Shown piece by piece: positions 11,932 through 23,567 of a stretch of 59,596 nucleotides of DNA; the stretch's first letter is position 1, and the number at the start of each line of letters is the position of its first letter. The DNA lies in NCBI GenBank assembly GCA_000697335.1, contig JNEM01013760.1:1-59596 (forward strand), in the 5' to 3' direction. A program made the position numbers and the translations under genes. The DNA is from Conidiobolus incongruus B7586 (taxonomy: Eukaryota). The notes beneath the pieces are model-generated. The model ran no database searches. It was not told the DNA's origin and saw nothing but the letters and a program-made list of their open reading frames with translations.

Positions 11932-12522
11932 TTAATTATAGTTTAATTGATTGATTCCATTAAAATCATATTGCAAATACTTTTTAAAAACAATGGTCAA
12001 TTTGAATTCTTATAAATATTTGACTCAAGGATGCTAAAATATTTCAAATATTATTATTATTGTTAACATGTTATATATACTATGATTATATCCCTTAATA
12101 GTGGAAATGTAGATTAAATTAGTAAAAGGAGGTTTTTATAGAATATTAGCAAGTATATTAAAGTGATTATTTGCTTTTGATTTAATTATATAATCTACCC
12201 ACTTCACACCTCGTTAAGTTAAATCAGCCTTTGCTCAATTATATTTATATCAATGTATTATTTTAAGTTGATTTCTTTTAAATTATCATCCATGATTTAT
12301 TATTCTATTAATTATTTTAATGAAATTGGAATAAAATAAGTTTTTCACCCATAATAATCATTGATGGTGATTAGTTTATTAATGCTAATAATTAGAGTAA
12401 AAAAGCTTTAATTTTAAAGTCACTGATTCATGTTTAATATTATAATTTAAAAACACATATATATAATAATTATTATTAAATCAAATATACCCAATATAAT
12501 ATATTATATTAGATATTAATTA

Positions 12523-13452
12523 ATGGCTAATAATAGTGATAATTATGATATTTTAGATAAATTAGGTTCTGGAACTTATGGTTCAGTTCACAAAGGGTTA
12601 AATAGGAGGACTAACCAAACGGTGGCGATTAAGGTAATTCAATCATCTTTGGAGGAGGGCGTCACTCCCACCACCATTCGAGAGGTATGTTTATTAAAAG
12701 CCCTCAACCATCCCAATATCATTCCTCTATACGAGGTGTATATCCATCAACAACAATTACATCTAGTTTTTCAGTATATGCAATTCGATTTGGAAAGGTA
12801 TATGAAACATCACAAATATCAAGATGGTCTCCCGAGTGAAGAGTGCAAAAAATTTATGTGGGAACTTGTCAACGGTGTTGATTATTTACATGAACGAAGG
12901 ATTATTCACAGAGATTTAAAACCTCAAAATCTTTTAATTGACAGTGATGGTACTTTGAAAATAGCGGACTTCGGTCTAGCTAGACCCTACGGCCTACCCC
13001 TCAACGAATATTCAACTCATGTTGCGACACAGTGGTATAGAGCACCTGATGTTTTATTGGGATCTACAAAATACACTACTTCAATTGACACCTGGGCACT
13101 AGGATGTATCATGGCTGAAATGTATACAGGCAAGCCGCTTTTCCCAGGAAGCACGGAGGAAGACCAACTGAATCTTATCTTTCAAATGTTTGGAACACCG
13201 AACGAAAGGACGTGGCCAGGGGTATCTAAATTACCCAAATTTAGATACGATTTTCCCCAATACAATTATCAGCCATTTCAAATACCAAACCTCTTCTTAG
13301 ATAATAATGGTCAAGATCTGTGCCAGAGAATGTTATTGTATGATCCTACCAAGCGATTTAATACAAAAAAGATATTAATGCATCCATACTTCAGAGAATT
13401 TAGATATCCTCAATTGGGCATCGATCGTCATAATTATTTCGAATATCAATGA
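12523..13452 (+). CDS. Cyclin-dependent kinase, divergent Pho85/CDK5-like
   Basis: Intact 309-aa kinase with GSGTYG, VAIK, PTTIRE (PSTAIRE position), HRDLKPQNLLI, DFGLAR and WYRAPDVLLGS...SID...GCIMAEM..G.PLFPG, a Pho85-like segment. Intronless. Confidence 0.9.
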   Translation: MANNSDNYDILDKLGSGTYGSVHKGLNRRTNQTVAIKVIQSSLEEGVTPTTIREVCLLKALNHPNIIPLYEVYIHQQQLHLVFQYMQFDLERYMKHHKYQDGLPSEECKKFMWELVNGVDYLHERRIIHRDLKPQNLLIDSDGTLKIADFGLARPYGLPLNEYSTHVATQWYRAPDVLLGSTKYTTSIDTWALGCIMAEMYTGKPLFPGSTEEDQLNLIFQMFGTPNERTWPGVSKLPKFRYDFPQYNYQPFQIPNLFLDNNGQDLCQRMLLYDPTKRFNTKKILMHPYFREFRYPQLGIDRHNYFEYQ

Positions 13453-13764
13453 TCTAAATAATTATTTAATTTTATCATGTATTCAATAACTAAGTGATTA
13501 TAATTACTATATCGTCATTCAATACTTTTTAACAATATTTAGGATACCATACTCTCTATTTTTAGATCTCAGTGTTATGAAACAATACAAAGAGAATCTA
13601 AATTTTTGAATATTTTATGACAAATTCATAAAGTGTATCCATGCATGATTATTTTAGCAATATTTTGAAATCTGCAATTTTAACTACCAATAATTATCAA
13701 ATCAACAATAAAAATAAATAATTTATCTTAATATATTTTTATTGCTATTTAAATAAATAAATAT

Positions 13765-15393
13765 CTATTCTTCTTTAAATTGGCTTTCTACATATTGTCT
13801 TAACTTATCTGGAATAGAATAGCCAAACATATCCATCTCTTCCATCGCCATAAAGACTCTCTCGTCCTTCTCCATAGCACATTTGCGGATAATGGCATCG
13901 TAGCATTCCTTCGAAGGAACAATATCAACAGATTTCATCTCTTCTAACAGTGTAAAAGCTTCTTCATACGAGGACTGATTACATGCCAAATTGATAAGAT
14001 GTGTGTAAGTGGCTTCATCTGGTTTGATACCATCATTTTGCATTTGGGTGAAAAAAGCTTTGCATTTGTCTACTCGGTTACTCGACACTAAAGATTTAAT
14101 TACTGCGTTGTAGTAATGAATTTCAAGGGGACCATGTTGCTTTTTAGCAATATCGAATAATTGTAAACCAGATTCGAATTCATTCATTAGCAAATTACTT
14201 TCCATAACAAAGTAGATAAATTCCGAAGGTAATGTTGTTCCTGATTGCTGCTTATCCAAAATGTAACGAGTGGCTTCCAATAAGTCGTTATGGTTGTTTC
14301 TTAATTGACGGCGGAAGTAGACGAGAGAGTTCAATGAAGGCTTGATGTTTGCTTGAGCAGCCATGTTGAGAATTTGAATTCCTCTATCCCATTGCTTGGA
14401 TTTTAGGAAAGCTTCAATCAAAGGAATAAAATGATAGTCTTCACATGGGATTTTAAGTTCACTGAGAACTCTAAGCACAGAAGTAGCCAACTTGGCATTG
14501 CCCCATCTGGCGGCCGCACTGAGAACAATTTCTGTGAGGCCTTGATCAGGAAGGAGTCTCTGAACTTCAACAAGATGGTCCCAAGTCTCATAAGCGAGAT
14601 CATGCATATCCATATCAAGATACCCTCTGAGCAAGGTGAACAAATCAGTATGGTTGAATCTGTTCTTAGAGCTAAATGCTAATTTAGAAAATTTATTAAC
14701 CAACTCTACATCTCTAATTTGGAAAGCAATCTGAATAAGTGTAACATATATGCTGGGGATAATAAGGCTGTCATTAGATTTAATCTGATCAAATAAATTC
14801 AAAGCCAGCTCATAAGAGCCCACTTTAAAATAGTTCTTCAATGCCAAATCATAAGAACCAGAATTCAGTTCAATTCCATCTTCCTTAGCCAATTCAAAAA
14901 TAATTGAAGTCAAATGACCAGAATAAGGTGTATTAATACTCAATAAAATATTAATACAGGTAACATCAGGTTTCAAACCCATAGATTTCAACTCTTCGTA
15001 ATATTTCGAAGCTAATTCTATATCCTTTAAATTCCTTGCAGCTGATAATAAGCCATAATAAGTATTTAAATCGGGTTTGATGTTCTTTTCCTTAATCTTT
15101 TCACACAAAGTAAAAATTTGTTGAGCTGCCCATTTGGTAGTAATAGATGAAAAGTGGTCGATTTCTCTGTTATAAACGTTAATGGGACTGGCTTGATATG
15201 TTGAAAAGACTACTTCTTCTTTGAGTAAATTTGAAGTTGTTGAAAATGTTTTAATTGAATTATTAGAAATAGCTTTTGTTTTAGATAATTTAAATCCTAT
15301 AAAAAATATTTAATGTTTAGCATTAGAATATTATGTTTATTTTATTTCATTACTTAATAATAGAGATCGATTCCTATAAATTGATTGTATCAT
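13765..15393 (-). CDS. Mitochondrial pentatricopeptide-repeat (PPR) protein, 2 exons
   Basis: PPR motifs such as YNAVIKSLVSSNRVDKCKAFFTQMQNDGIKPD and TYTHLINLAC...AFTLLEEMKSVDIVP. ATG at 15393, intron 15353-15297, and exon 2 is in frame with the 447-aa ORF. The N-terminus MIQSIYRNRSLLLRFKLSKTK resembles a presequence. Confidence 0.88.
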
Positions 15394-15509
15394 TTTAATA
15401 TTATTAATGTTATTTTATCACTTAATTTTATTGATTATATGGGAGAATAGGTAAATTTATTTATTTTTTATCATTACTGAATTTAACTGAATGGGCTTAT
15501 TATTGAGAT

Positions 15510-15517
15510 TATGGGAT
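15510..15517 (-). promoter_or_regulatory. ATCCCATA motif upstream of the PPR gene
   Basis: TATGGGAT on the plus strand, about 120 bp upstream of ATG 15393, in sense orientation. Confidence 0.6.
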
Positions 15518-16902
15518 TTTAACAAAATTTTCCAATAGACCAATAATGATATTAAAATAAAAATTAATTGTATAGGTAATTAATCCAAATTCAATAATTG
15601 ATCTTTGTTAAGAATATAAAAATATATAAAATAATGGAAATATTATATTGAATCAATGATATTTGATATAATTCAAGATAAAATTACCTATGTTGAAATT
15701 TCTTTTTCTAATATTAAAATTGTTTAAAAATGTTAAAATCAAAATAAAGTCTTAAGAATAATTAATTAATCATAAATCAATAAATATATACTTTAATAGT
15801 ATTAACTATATTACCAAATTGAAAAATAATGATGAACATTTTGAATTTTAATATAAAATTGTTTAAAATTATTCATGAAAATACATAATGATTGATATAG
15901 TGATAGTATTTGTAAGCAAGTTGGTATGATATTAAAATAGTTATAATATTTTTATTATATCATTTCATTCTAAAACTTGATTGATTTGCAAAATTGAACC
16001 TTCAACGATTTAATTACTGTTCACAATCTGAAATATATACCAAATAGTATAGTTGTTTAGCAATTTGCCAATTCGGCAGAATTATCGGGTGTTTAAAACT
16101 ATTAGTAAAAGTACCATACTATCATTTTAAATTGGAGAATTTAGATTAAAAATTCTAAAGAAATATGAACAAATGATGGATGAAATGAATCGATACTTTT
16201 TTCCTAATTAGGATATATCCGAAATGGATTATTCGCGAAATGAATACAAAGAAAAGCGAAATTTCAGTTATTAGTAATTCAAAATAATTCAGCATTGAAT
16301 TTTTTATCAGTATATATTTTGATAATGCTATAATTTTAATATTTGAGATTTTCTATATTGTTGAGGCTTTCCAGAAAGTTATATTATTACTTGAAAGTAA
16401 TATCTGGTTTATTTTTATTTTGATGAGAATACCGAAGGAAAGCGGGTATTAATTAATTTTAGTAAGTTAAGTGATATAAAAGTGTATATTAATTTAATAT
16501 TATCAACAATTTTGAATAATGTATCTGTTAATTATGATAATTATTAAGTCGAATCTATTTAACCATAAGATATTTTGGGTTTAGTATTTTTATTATATTA
16601 ATAGAGTTGGGAATAATTTGTAATTTAAATTCAGTTGCTATATTTTTACTCCACAATAATATTAATCAAATTTATTGTTTTGAGTGGTTGGATCAAGCTA
16701 AAATTATATTATAAGTGATATTTCTATGCTTATTCAGTGTTAACAATTGACACTAAATTTGGTAACTATATGACGTAATTTGTAAAATTTAATCGATTTA
16801 AAATTCAGACGAAATGTCGGAATAGTAGTAATTGGTTGAGTATAAATAGGCAAATGATCTCATTTGATCGAGGTATTGCTTCTAAATATTAAATTTTAAA
16901 AA

Positions 16903-17556
16903 ATGCCCTCATTCTACGATTTCAAAGTTAAAGATAAAGCTGACCAAGATCACGACTTATCCCAATATAAGGGAAAGGTACTCCCATATTTATAATAACA
17001 ATTATCACTTTATTCATTATGTAAATAGGTTGTTCTCGTTGTTAACACTGCATCCAAATGTGGCTTTACTCCCCAATTTGATGGTTTGGAAAAGCTCTAC
17101 CAAAAGTACAAGGAAAAGAACTTTGTTATCCTAGGCTTTCCCTGTAATCAATTTGGAAGTCAAGATCCTGGCACTCAAGACGAAATTGAGAATTTCTGTA
17201 GAGCCAACTATGGAGTTACCTTCCCTATTATGAAAAAAATGTAAGTCTTTTACTCTTCCTCAAATAATCATACTAATATAAATTTATTTTTAGTGAAGTC
17301 AACGGAGACAAAGCTGACCCATTGTGGGAATACTTAAAAGCTGAAAGACCTGGTATTATGGGTTTAAAGAGAATCAAATGGAATTTTGAGGTGATATTTA
17401 GTCTCTGGTATATATTTAATGATTATCTAACTTACAATATTATAGAAATTCTTAATTGATGGTAAGGGAAATGTCCATGCTAGATACGCCAGTATTACTA
17501 CTCCCCAAAGCATTGAAGCCGACATTGAAAAATTGCTCAATGAAACTGCTAATTAA
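16903..17556 (+). CDS. GPX: Cys-type glutathione/thioredoxin peroxidase (Hyr1/Gpx3-like), 4 exons
   Basis: Spliced translation contains [33 protein letters not shown] and IKWNFEKFL. Introns at 16978-17028, 17241-17293 and 17391-17445. Missed by the ORF track. Confidence 0.95.
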
Positions 17557-18248
17557 ATTTATATAATATCATTATATTTAAATGAAAATAAATTGTTATA
17601 TATGTATATCTTAAACAATGAAATCTAAATTCCATTTCATTTCACTCAATACTAATCTATAGACAGCATTTATCAAGTATTTTTACATAATATTTCGCCA
17701 TCAAACATTACTAAATACACATATCCATTCTTTTCGATTAGAAATTAGAACCATATAACAATATTTGGCTAAATCACAATCGATAAAATAGAATATCATA
17801 TCTTATATTTATACTATCTTTTTCTTTTTTGCTTTATTCTCATTTTTTCATCTTAAACTAGTTATTTGGATTTGAAACAGATTTTTTATCTCTTTAATTT
17901 GATAAAGTTAATCCTGGTTCGGATATAAAATTGATGATCTATACAGTCAAACTTGAATGCATCAATTTATTTATTCACCTCCCTTAGTTCAAACTCATCA
18001 ATCTCTATTTTATTCTATATTTTTAGAGATAATATTGAGCCAAATCAATATTCTGATGTTTTCATCACTTTGAAAATTTTGTATTTAACCTATTTAGGCT
18101 AACAGAAAAAATATATAGGCATTATTCTCATAAATAATGGAGAAAATCTTTAAATCAATGCCTTGCCAATGGAAGACTTTAATTAGCTAAATGGCCAAAA
18201 ATATACAATGATTATACTATACAAATGCAGCTCGAATCTACTAAAAAT

Positions 18249-18255
<7 letters not shown>

Positions 18256-18286
<31 letters not shown>
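18256..18286. repeat. (TA)n microsatellite; similar runs near 2398, 11801, 35147, 40090, 45957 and 46988
   Basis: Perfect dinucleotide runs. Confidence 0.9.
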
Positions 18287-18289
<3 letters not shown>

Positions 18290-18504
18290 AATAATTGATG
18301 AATGTTATAATACCATTGAGCTAAATTCATTTTGGATTATAAATAATATACTAAGCTATTTTAATTATTAATATTTATTGCTGCTATTTATTTATTGATC
18401 ATATAATTTAATAAATGATGGATAGATTAATCAAATTTCAAATATATATTACCTTGTTTTTAGTCAATTACATCAGAATATTTTGGTAATTATCGATAAT
18501 ACAC

Positions 18505-18512
18505 ATCCCATA
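18505..18512 (+). promoter_or_regulatory. ATCCCATA motif upstream of the WD40 gene
   Basis: Exact motif starting 93 bp before ATG 18598. Confidence 0.6.
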
Positions 18513-18597
18513 AATATATCATAATTATATATATAATAAACTGAATAAGTAAGAATGATATCGATCAATTTAAAATCCCTAATAATTCATACATTTG

Positions 18598-19881
18598 ATG
18601 AGTAAGCTAACACCAAACAACTTTAGACTAACTCATGATTTAGTTGCCCAGTTTTTAGCTATTAATGGGTATGAAAAAGCCTTAGACAATTTTATTTTGG
18701 AAGGAGGTGATTTTATGACTCTCACCAGGGAAGAATGCTTCGAAACTAAACATAGTCACTGGAAACCATTGACTGAAATTGTCACTGAATATCAATCTAC
18801 AGAACACAGAAATAATAATAAAGAATTGAATGTTACTCAGTTGGTGTTTAAAGAAGATTTGGTTCCTACCAATTATAATGATCTATCCGATTCTAAATCA
18901 TTTGAATTAGTCAACGAACTGGAATTTTTACATTCTAATAATGTATTATCTACACTTATTCTTCCAAATTGGGAGGTTTCTGATGAGTGTACCTATTTGA
19001 TCGCTAGCTCTTCAGCCGATAAGACTGTAAAATTGAGTCAATTGGATCATCCCAATGCCTGGGTATCTACCCTTGAACTCAATCACAAAGGAGGTTCGGT
19101 ACTTAACATGACTTATCATCCACAGTTCAACCACATCTTGGCATCGTGCTCAATGGATGGAACAGTTTGTTTGACTGATTTGAGAGACCAAACCAATTTA
19201 TACACATTCCAACACCATACCAAATTCGTTCCCATCTGTCTTTTTAACTCGAAGGGAGACTACTTTATCTCAGCGGGTTATGACGGAAAGTTGAATATTT
19301 ACAAACAGACAAATTCTCAAGAAGCTGATCAATCACCTCAATATGATTTACACCATACTCATACTTTTGCAACAAGAGTTGAATGTTGTACATTTATTCC
19401 TGACACCAATATATTAATCCTTGGATTGTTGCAGTACAACTATTTGATCTACTTTAATTGTGACTCCTTTGAAATGAAGCAATACAATATGAATAGAAAT
19501 GGAGATGACTTTGTATCATTCAGCCCATCATGCATTTCAATCTCGCCTACTGGACCCTATGTTTTGGTTTCAACTAATCATTCATCTGGTCGTATGATCC
19601 TCTTTGAGTTGAACTCAACCAATCAACTCAATAACTACTATCTAGGGTCCTGCGACGAATTCGCTCTACCTAAGCACATTTGGCATCCTTCGGGACGCTT
19701 CATTTTCGGAACGACTGGAGATCAACAAATTCGTATATTAGATATTGTCACTGGGGATATTAAATGCACTGTCCCAATGCATACCAATCTAGTCAGAAGC
19801 TTTGATTTCAATATTGATAATGATTGTCTAGTATCTGGAGGGTTTGATCAAAAGGTTAAAGTCTGGAAACTATTCCAATAA
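18598..19881 (+). CDS. WD40-repeat protein with N-terminal LisH-like motif
   Basis: LVAQFLAINGYEKALDNFILE (LisH-like) followed by WD repeats (LASCSMDGTVCLTD, FISAGYDGKLNIY, LVSGGFDQKVKVW). First ATG is at 18598. Confidence 0.85.
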   Translation: MSKLTPNNFRLTHDLVAQFLAINGYEKALDNFILEGGDFMTLTREECFETKHSHWKPLTEIVTEYQSTEHRNNNKELNVTQLVFKEDLVPTNYNDLSDSKSFELVNELEFLHSNNVLSTLILPNWEVSDECTYLIASSSADKTVKLSQLDHPNAWVSTLELNHKGGSVLNMTYHPQFNHILASCSMDGTVCLTDLRDQTNLYTFQHHTKFVPICLFNSKGDYFISAGYDGKLNIYKQTNSQEADQSPQYDLHHTHTFATRVECCTFIPDTNILILGLLQYNYLIYFNCDSFEMKQYNMNRNGDDFVSFSPSCISISPTGPYVLVSTNHSSGRMILFELNSTNQLNNYYLGSCDEFALPKHIWHPSGRFIFGTTGDQQIRILDIVTGDIKCTVPMHTNLVRSFDFNIDNDCLVSGGFDQKVKVWKLFQ

Positions 19882-20489
19882 TTAATAAATATCGATATTT
19901 AACTTCTTACAGTATCACATGATATCAAAATATTTTCTAGCCAATTTCAGTCAAACTCAATGAATAGTTACTTTCTTAACTTTTAGTACTTGCTATGTAA
20001 AAATAACTATCAATGAAGATGAAATCTTTGAAAATAATTATATTTTTATAGTTAGGAATAATATCAATTGATAAAAATAGACAAAAAATATAAATGATAT
20101 TAATAGATTGAATTTCTCAAATATAGTCAAAAATAGATTATACTATCTTTAGTATATACCAATATATCTGATAAAAATTTAAAACAATACTATATATGTA
20201 TATTTTGAAATGCACAGGAATCTGGCCAATCAAATAAATATAAAATGTAATGAGCAATTAGTAAAAAGTGCGAAAAAAATGACCACATTATTCTATACTA
20301 ACAAAAAATGATCATTCACCATATATTGATTAAATTTAACAATTTTTGATTGAAATAATATCACTATTTCAGATTTAATCATCGTTATGATTATAATATA
20401 CTCTAATTTAAAAAGAAAAATTCTAATTTTAACAAATTGAATTGTGAATTTAAATAGTATCATCTGTATTAAAGTTGATTGGATTAAGT

Positions 20490-20701
20490 TTATATTAAAT
20501 AATAAATTAAAGAACCAATACAGGCAATCAGTGTATATTGGAATGAGTTAAAGTTTTTGATTGCATTGGATGATTGTACATGGTTATCTTTAGGGTCGTA
20601 GTTGTGATATACCAACACTGCTGTTTGAGGAGTTGTATCGTTGACTGGATAATTATTGCTGGTATCTGATGGAACGGGGCTGGTAGTAGTGGAAGATTCA
20701 A

Positions 20702-20743
<42 letters not shown>

Positions 20744-21107
20744 ATTCAGTGGTAGTGGTAAAATCGGTAGTGGTTTTGGTGATATAATGGGCAGCATCAG
20801 TAGTAGTGGTAGAATCAACTGAATCGGTTGTAGTAGGGATGATAGTGGTGGTTTCAGAGGGCAATTCAATTGATTTATCTTGAGTAGTAGGTAAAACAGG
20901 ATATCCTGATGTCATATGTTTAGTAGTTTCTTTTTCTTCGTATTGAATGGTGGTGAAGGATGACGTTGGTTGAGTACCATAACTGGTTTCGGTACTCACA
21001 GATTGATGATAGCGACTGCGACATTTTTTGGGATGACTAGGATGGCCCCAGGCCAAACCAACAATAAATAATAGAATGATATAAAAATGAGCTTTATTAA
21101 ATATCAT
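20490..21107 (-). CDS. Secreted Thr/Ser-rich, probably GPI-anchored cell-surface protein
   Basis: Signal peptide MIFNKAHFYIILLFIVGLAWG, mucin-like Thr-rich body, SSNA (omega-like site) and a hydrophobic C-terminus TLIACIGSLIYYLI. Confidence 0.75.
20702..20743. repeat. (TAG)n / (ACT)n microsatellite encoding a poly-Thr tract
   Basis: Perfect trinucleotide run inside the Thr-rich CDS. Confidence 0.9.
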
Positions 21108-23567
21108 ATTAATTAATGAAGAACGATCAAACAGTTAATGATGTGAAAGATTGCGTTTTTATATCAAATGTGGAATTGATAAACATGTCAAATTAAGATT
21201 GTACCACCATATATATACGCCAATGCTTTTACAAGTCCAGTCAAAACCAGTAAGCTGCTCACCTCAGCTACAATCTATATTATTTATGAAAATTGATATC
21301 ATTGTTTTAACATTCTTAACAATTAATATAAGTGGATAATACAGTTGTGAATTAACAATATCGATTAAATATTAAATCACGAAAACAAAAACAATACTAT
21401 AAATAGAGTAACTAGATTGTTTGAACATTCGAAAAAGAATATATTTAGCAGTTGTAAATATGATTTATACCTACTCGAATATATAAATTAAATCATATAA
21501 ATAAAATAATTTTATATTGACAAATTTTCATATTAACTAGAAAATTTTGAGATATTGTTAAATTTTTTTACCTTGAAATGTTTTACATAATGGAGGTGCA
21601 TGATATCATTTTTAAAATTTAATTAATCTATTATTTAATAATGTTGACTTTGAGAATTCTGTAATATGATTTGTTAATAGTAAAGTATTTTTGTTAAAAT
21701 TTAATATTACTATATACTTGAATATATGAATATTAATTTAAATGAAATAATTCTATTTCAGTTAGTATCGTTTTGGATCTTGCATCCAAAGTTTACATTT
21801 GCATTTTAAATTAGATTTATTCTTGAATGTCGATATATTATTATTATTATTAATGAGTAGCATTAAAAATGATTGAATTGATTCAAAAAAGCTGCATAAT
21901 ATATATTGCTATAAGCGATAATCACGAAATATTCATATTTAAAAAATTTGATTATAAAAGAATGATATATTATACTTAATATTGAAAAGTAACGACGAAT
22001 ATGATTCAATATAAATTCAAATTTAGAAAATTCAATGGAAAGAACTATATCAAGTGATTGAAATTAAATTATTTATATTTAATAAAATTATAAAACATGG
22101 AATATTTAAGTATTGGAATATAATAAAGAATATTGACCCCTAATAATATATATTATATTATTTAAGTAATTAAAATTCCAACAATTTTAATTTTTTTCAA
22201 CAAATTTCATATGACGAATATTCACGAATTTAAAATAATTTAAATTGTAGTTAAATTTTGAGATAGACAATTAAAATTCATACAAGGTGTCATCATTATT
22301 TGGACACCAATTCGTGAAATAAGACTGTGTGGTTATTCATGTTAGGAATTTTAGTCAGGAATTTTCTCATCTAACATGAATTTCAAATAAATCATTCAAT
22401 AATTCAATATTTATTATGACATAATTATTTATGATTTTGAGTTATACACTGAAAATTCCATAATCATTATTGTATATATATTTTAAATGGGATTCAAAGC
22501 ATGATTCAAGTAAAATAAAAAATCACATTAAATTTGTTAAATTTTTGATAGGTTGTCTTATAAAAATTGTTTAATTATAATTTATTAATTCATCAATATA
22601 AATCATAATTGCTAGTATATATTAAATGTTATTTTAATATCAGATCGCATAGTCCAGTTGATATAGGATTATTTTTTAAATTAAACAATACTACTCAAAG
22701 GCTACAAAATTGAAATATTTATCAATATTGTCTGAACTTAATTTTATTAATATATCTAATTCTAGTCTATGCAATTTTATTTACACTTAATGCATGAAAC
22801 TTCAAAAATTCGTAAATATTACAAATGAATAATTGAAATATATATATATTATTTCAAAATGATATCAGTGATACTATCATTGTATTAAATATTTTGTCAC
22901 TGGTCCGGTAATAAGTAAAGCACTTAATATATTCCAAATGTAACTTTCATTATCTTGCTCTACAATATCATATTACAGTATATCTTATTATGACTTGAAC
23001 CTTATGTTGAACTCAGCTTACTATTTGGAATATAGCAATAAGATATAATTGTAATATCAAATAGAGTTAAAAAATCTAGTTTAACAAATCTGAAGAGAAT
23101 TCGAAACTGTTATGCTATATTAACAAAATAATATTATATATTCAGGGAAAACTGAGGTTTACAAAAGATAATGTATAATAAAACTTTGGTTATATTATAA
23201 ATTAGATTGGTATACCAATTATTTAACAGTTCATTTAAACCAAGATTGATTATATAATAAGTTTTCTTTTCACTTTGATATAATATATTGAATTAATACA
23301 GTTAGCATCGATATAATATTTTAGTTGGATTATTTTTTTGAGAATCACATTATTTATAAAAATTTCACTAATTGTCAAAAAACTAGAAAATATCCTGAAA
23401 AATGTTGATTACTGATATCCAAAATTAGTATACCTTAAGTCTATATCTTAATCATAGAATTTGTAAAATTACTAGGATATTGTGAATAATGATTTTATTA
23501 AGTTAAATATAATATAGATTTAATGATGATATATGATGATAAAAATACAATGTAATGGTATTATTAT

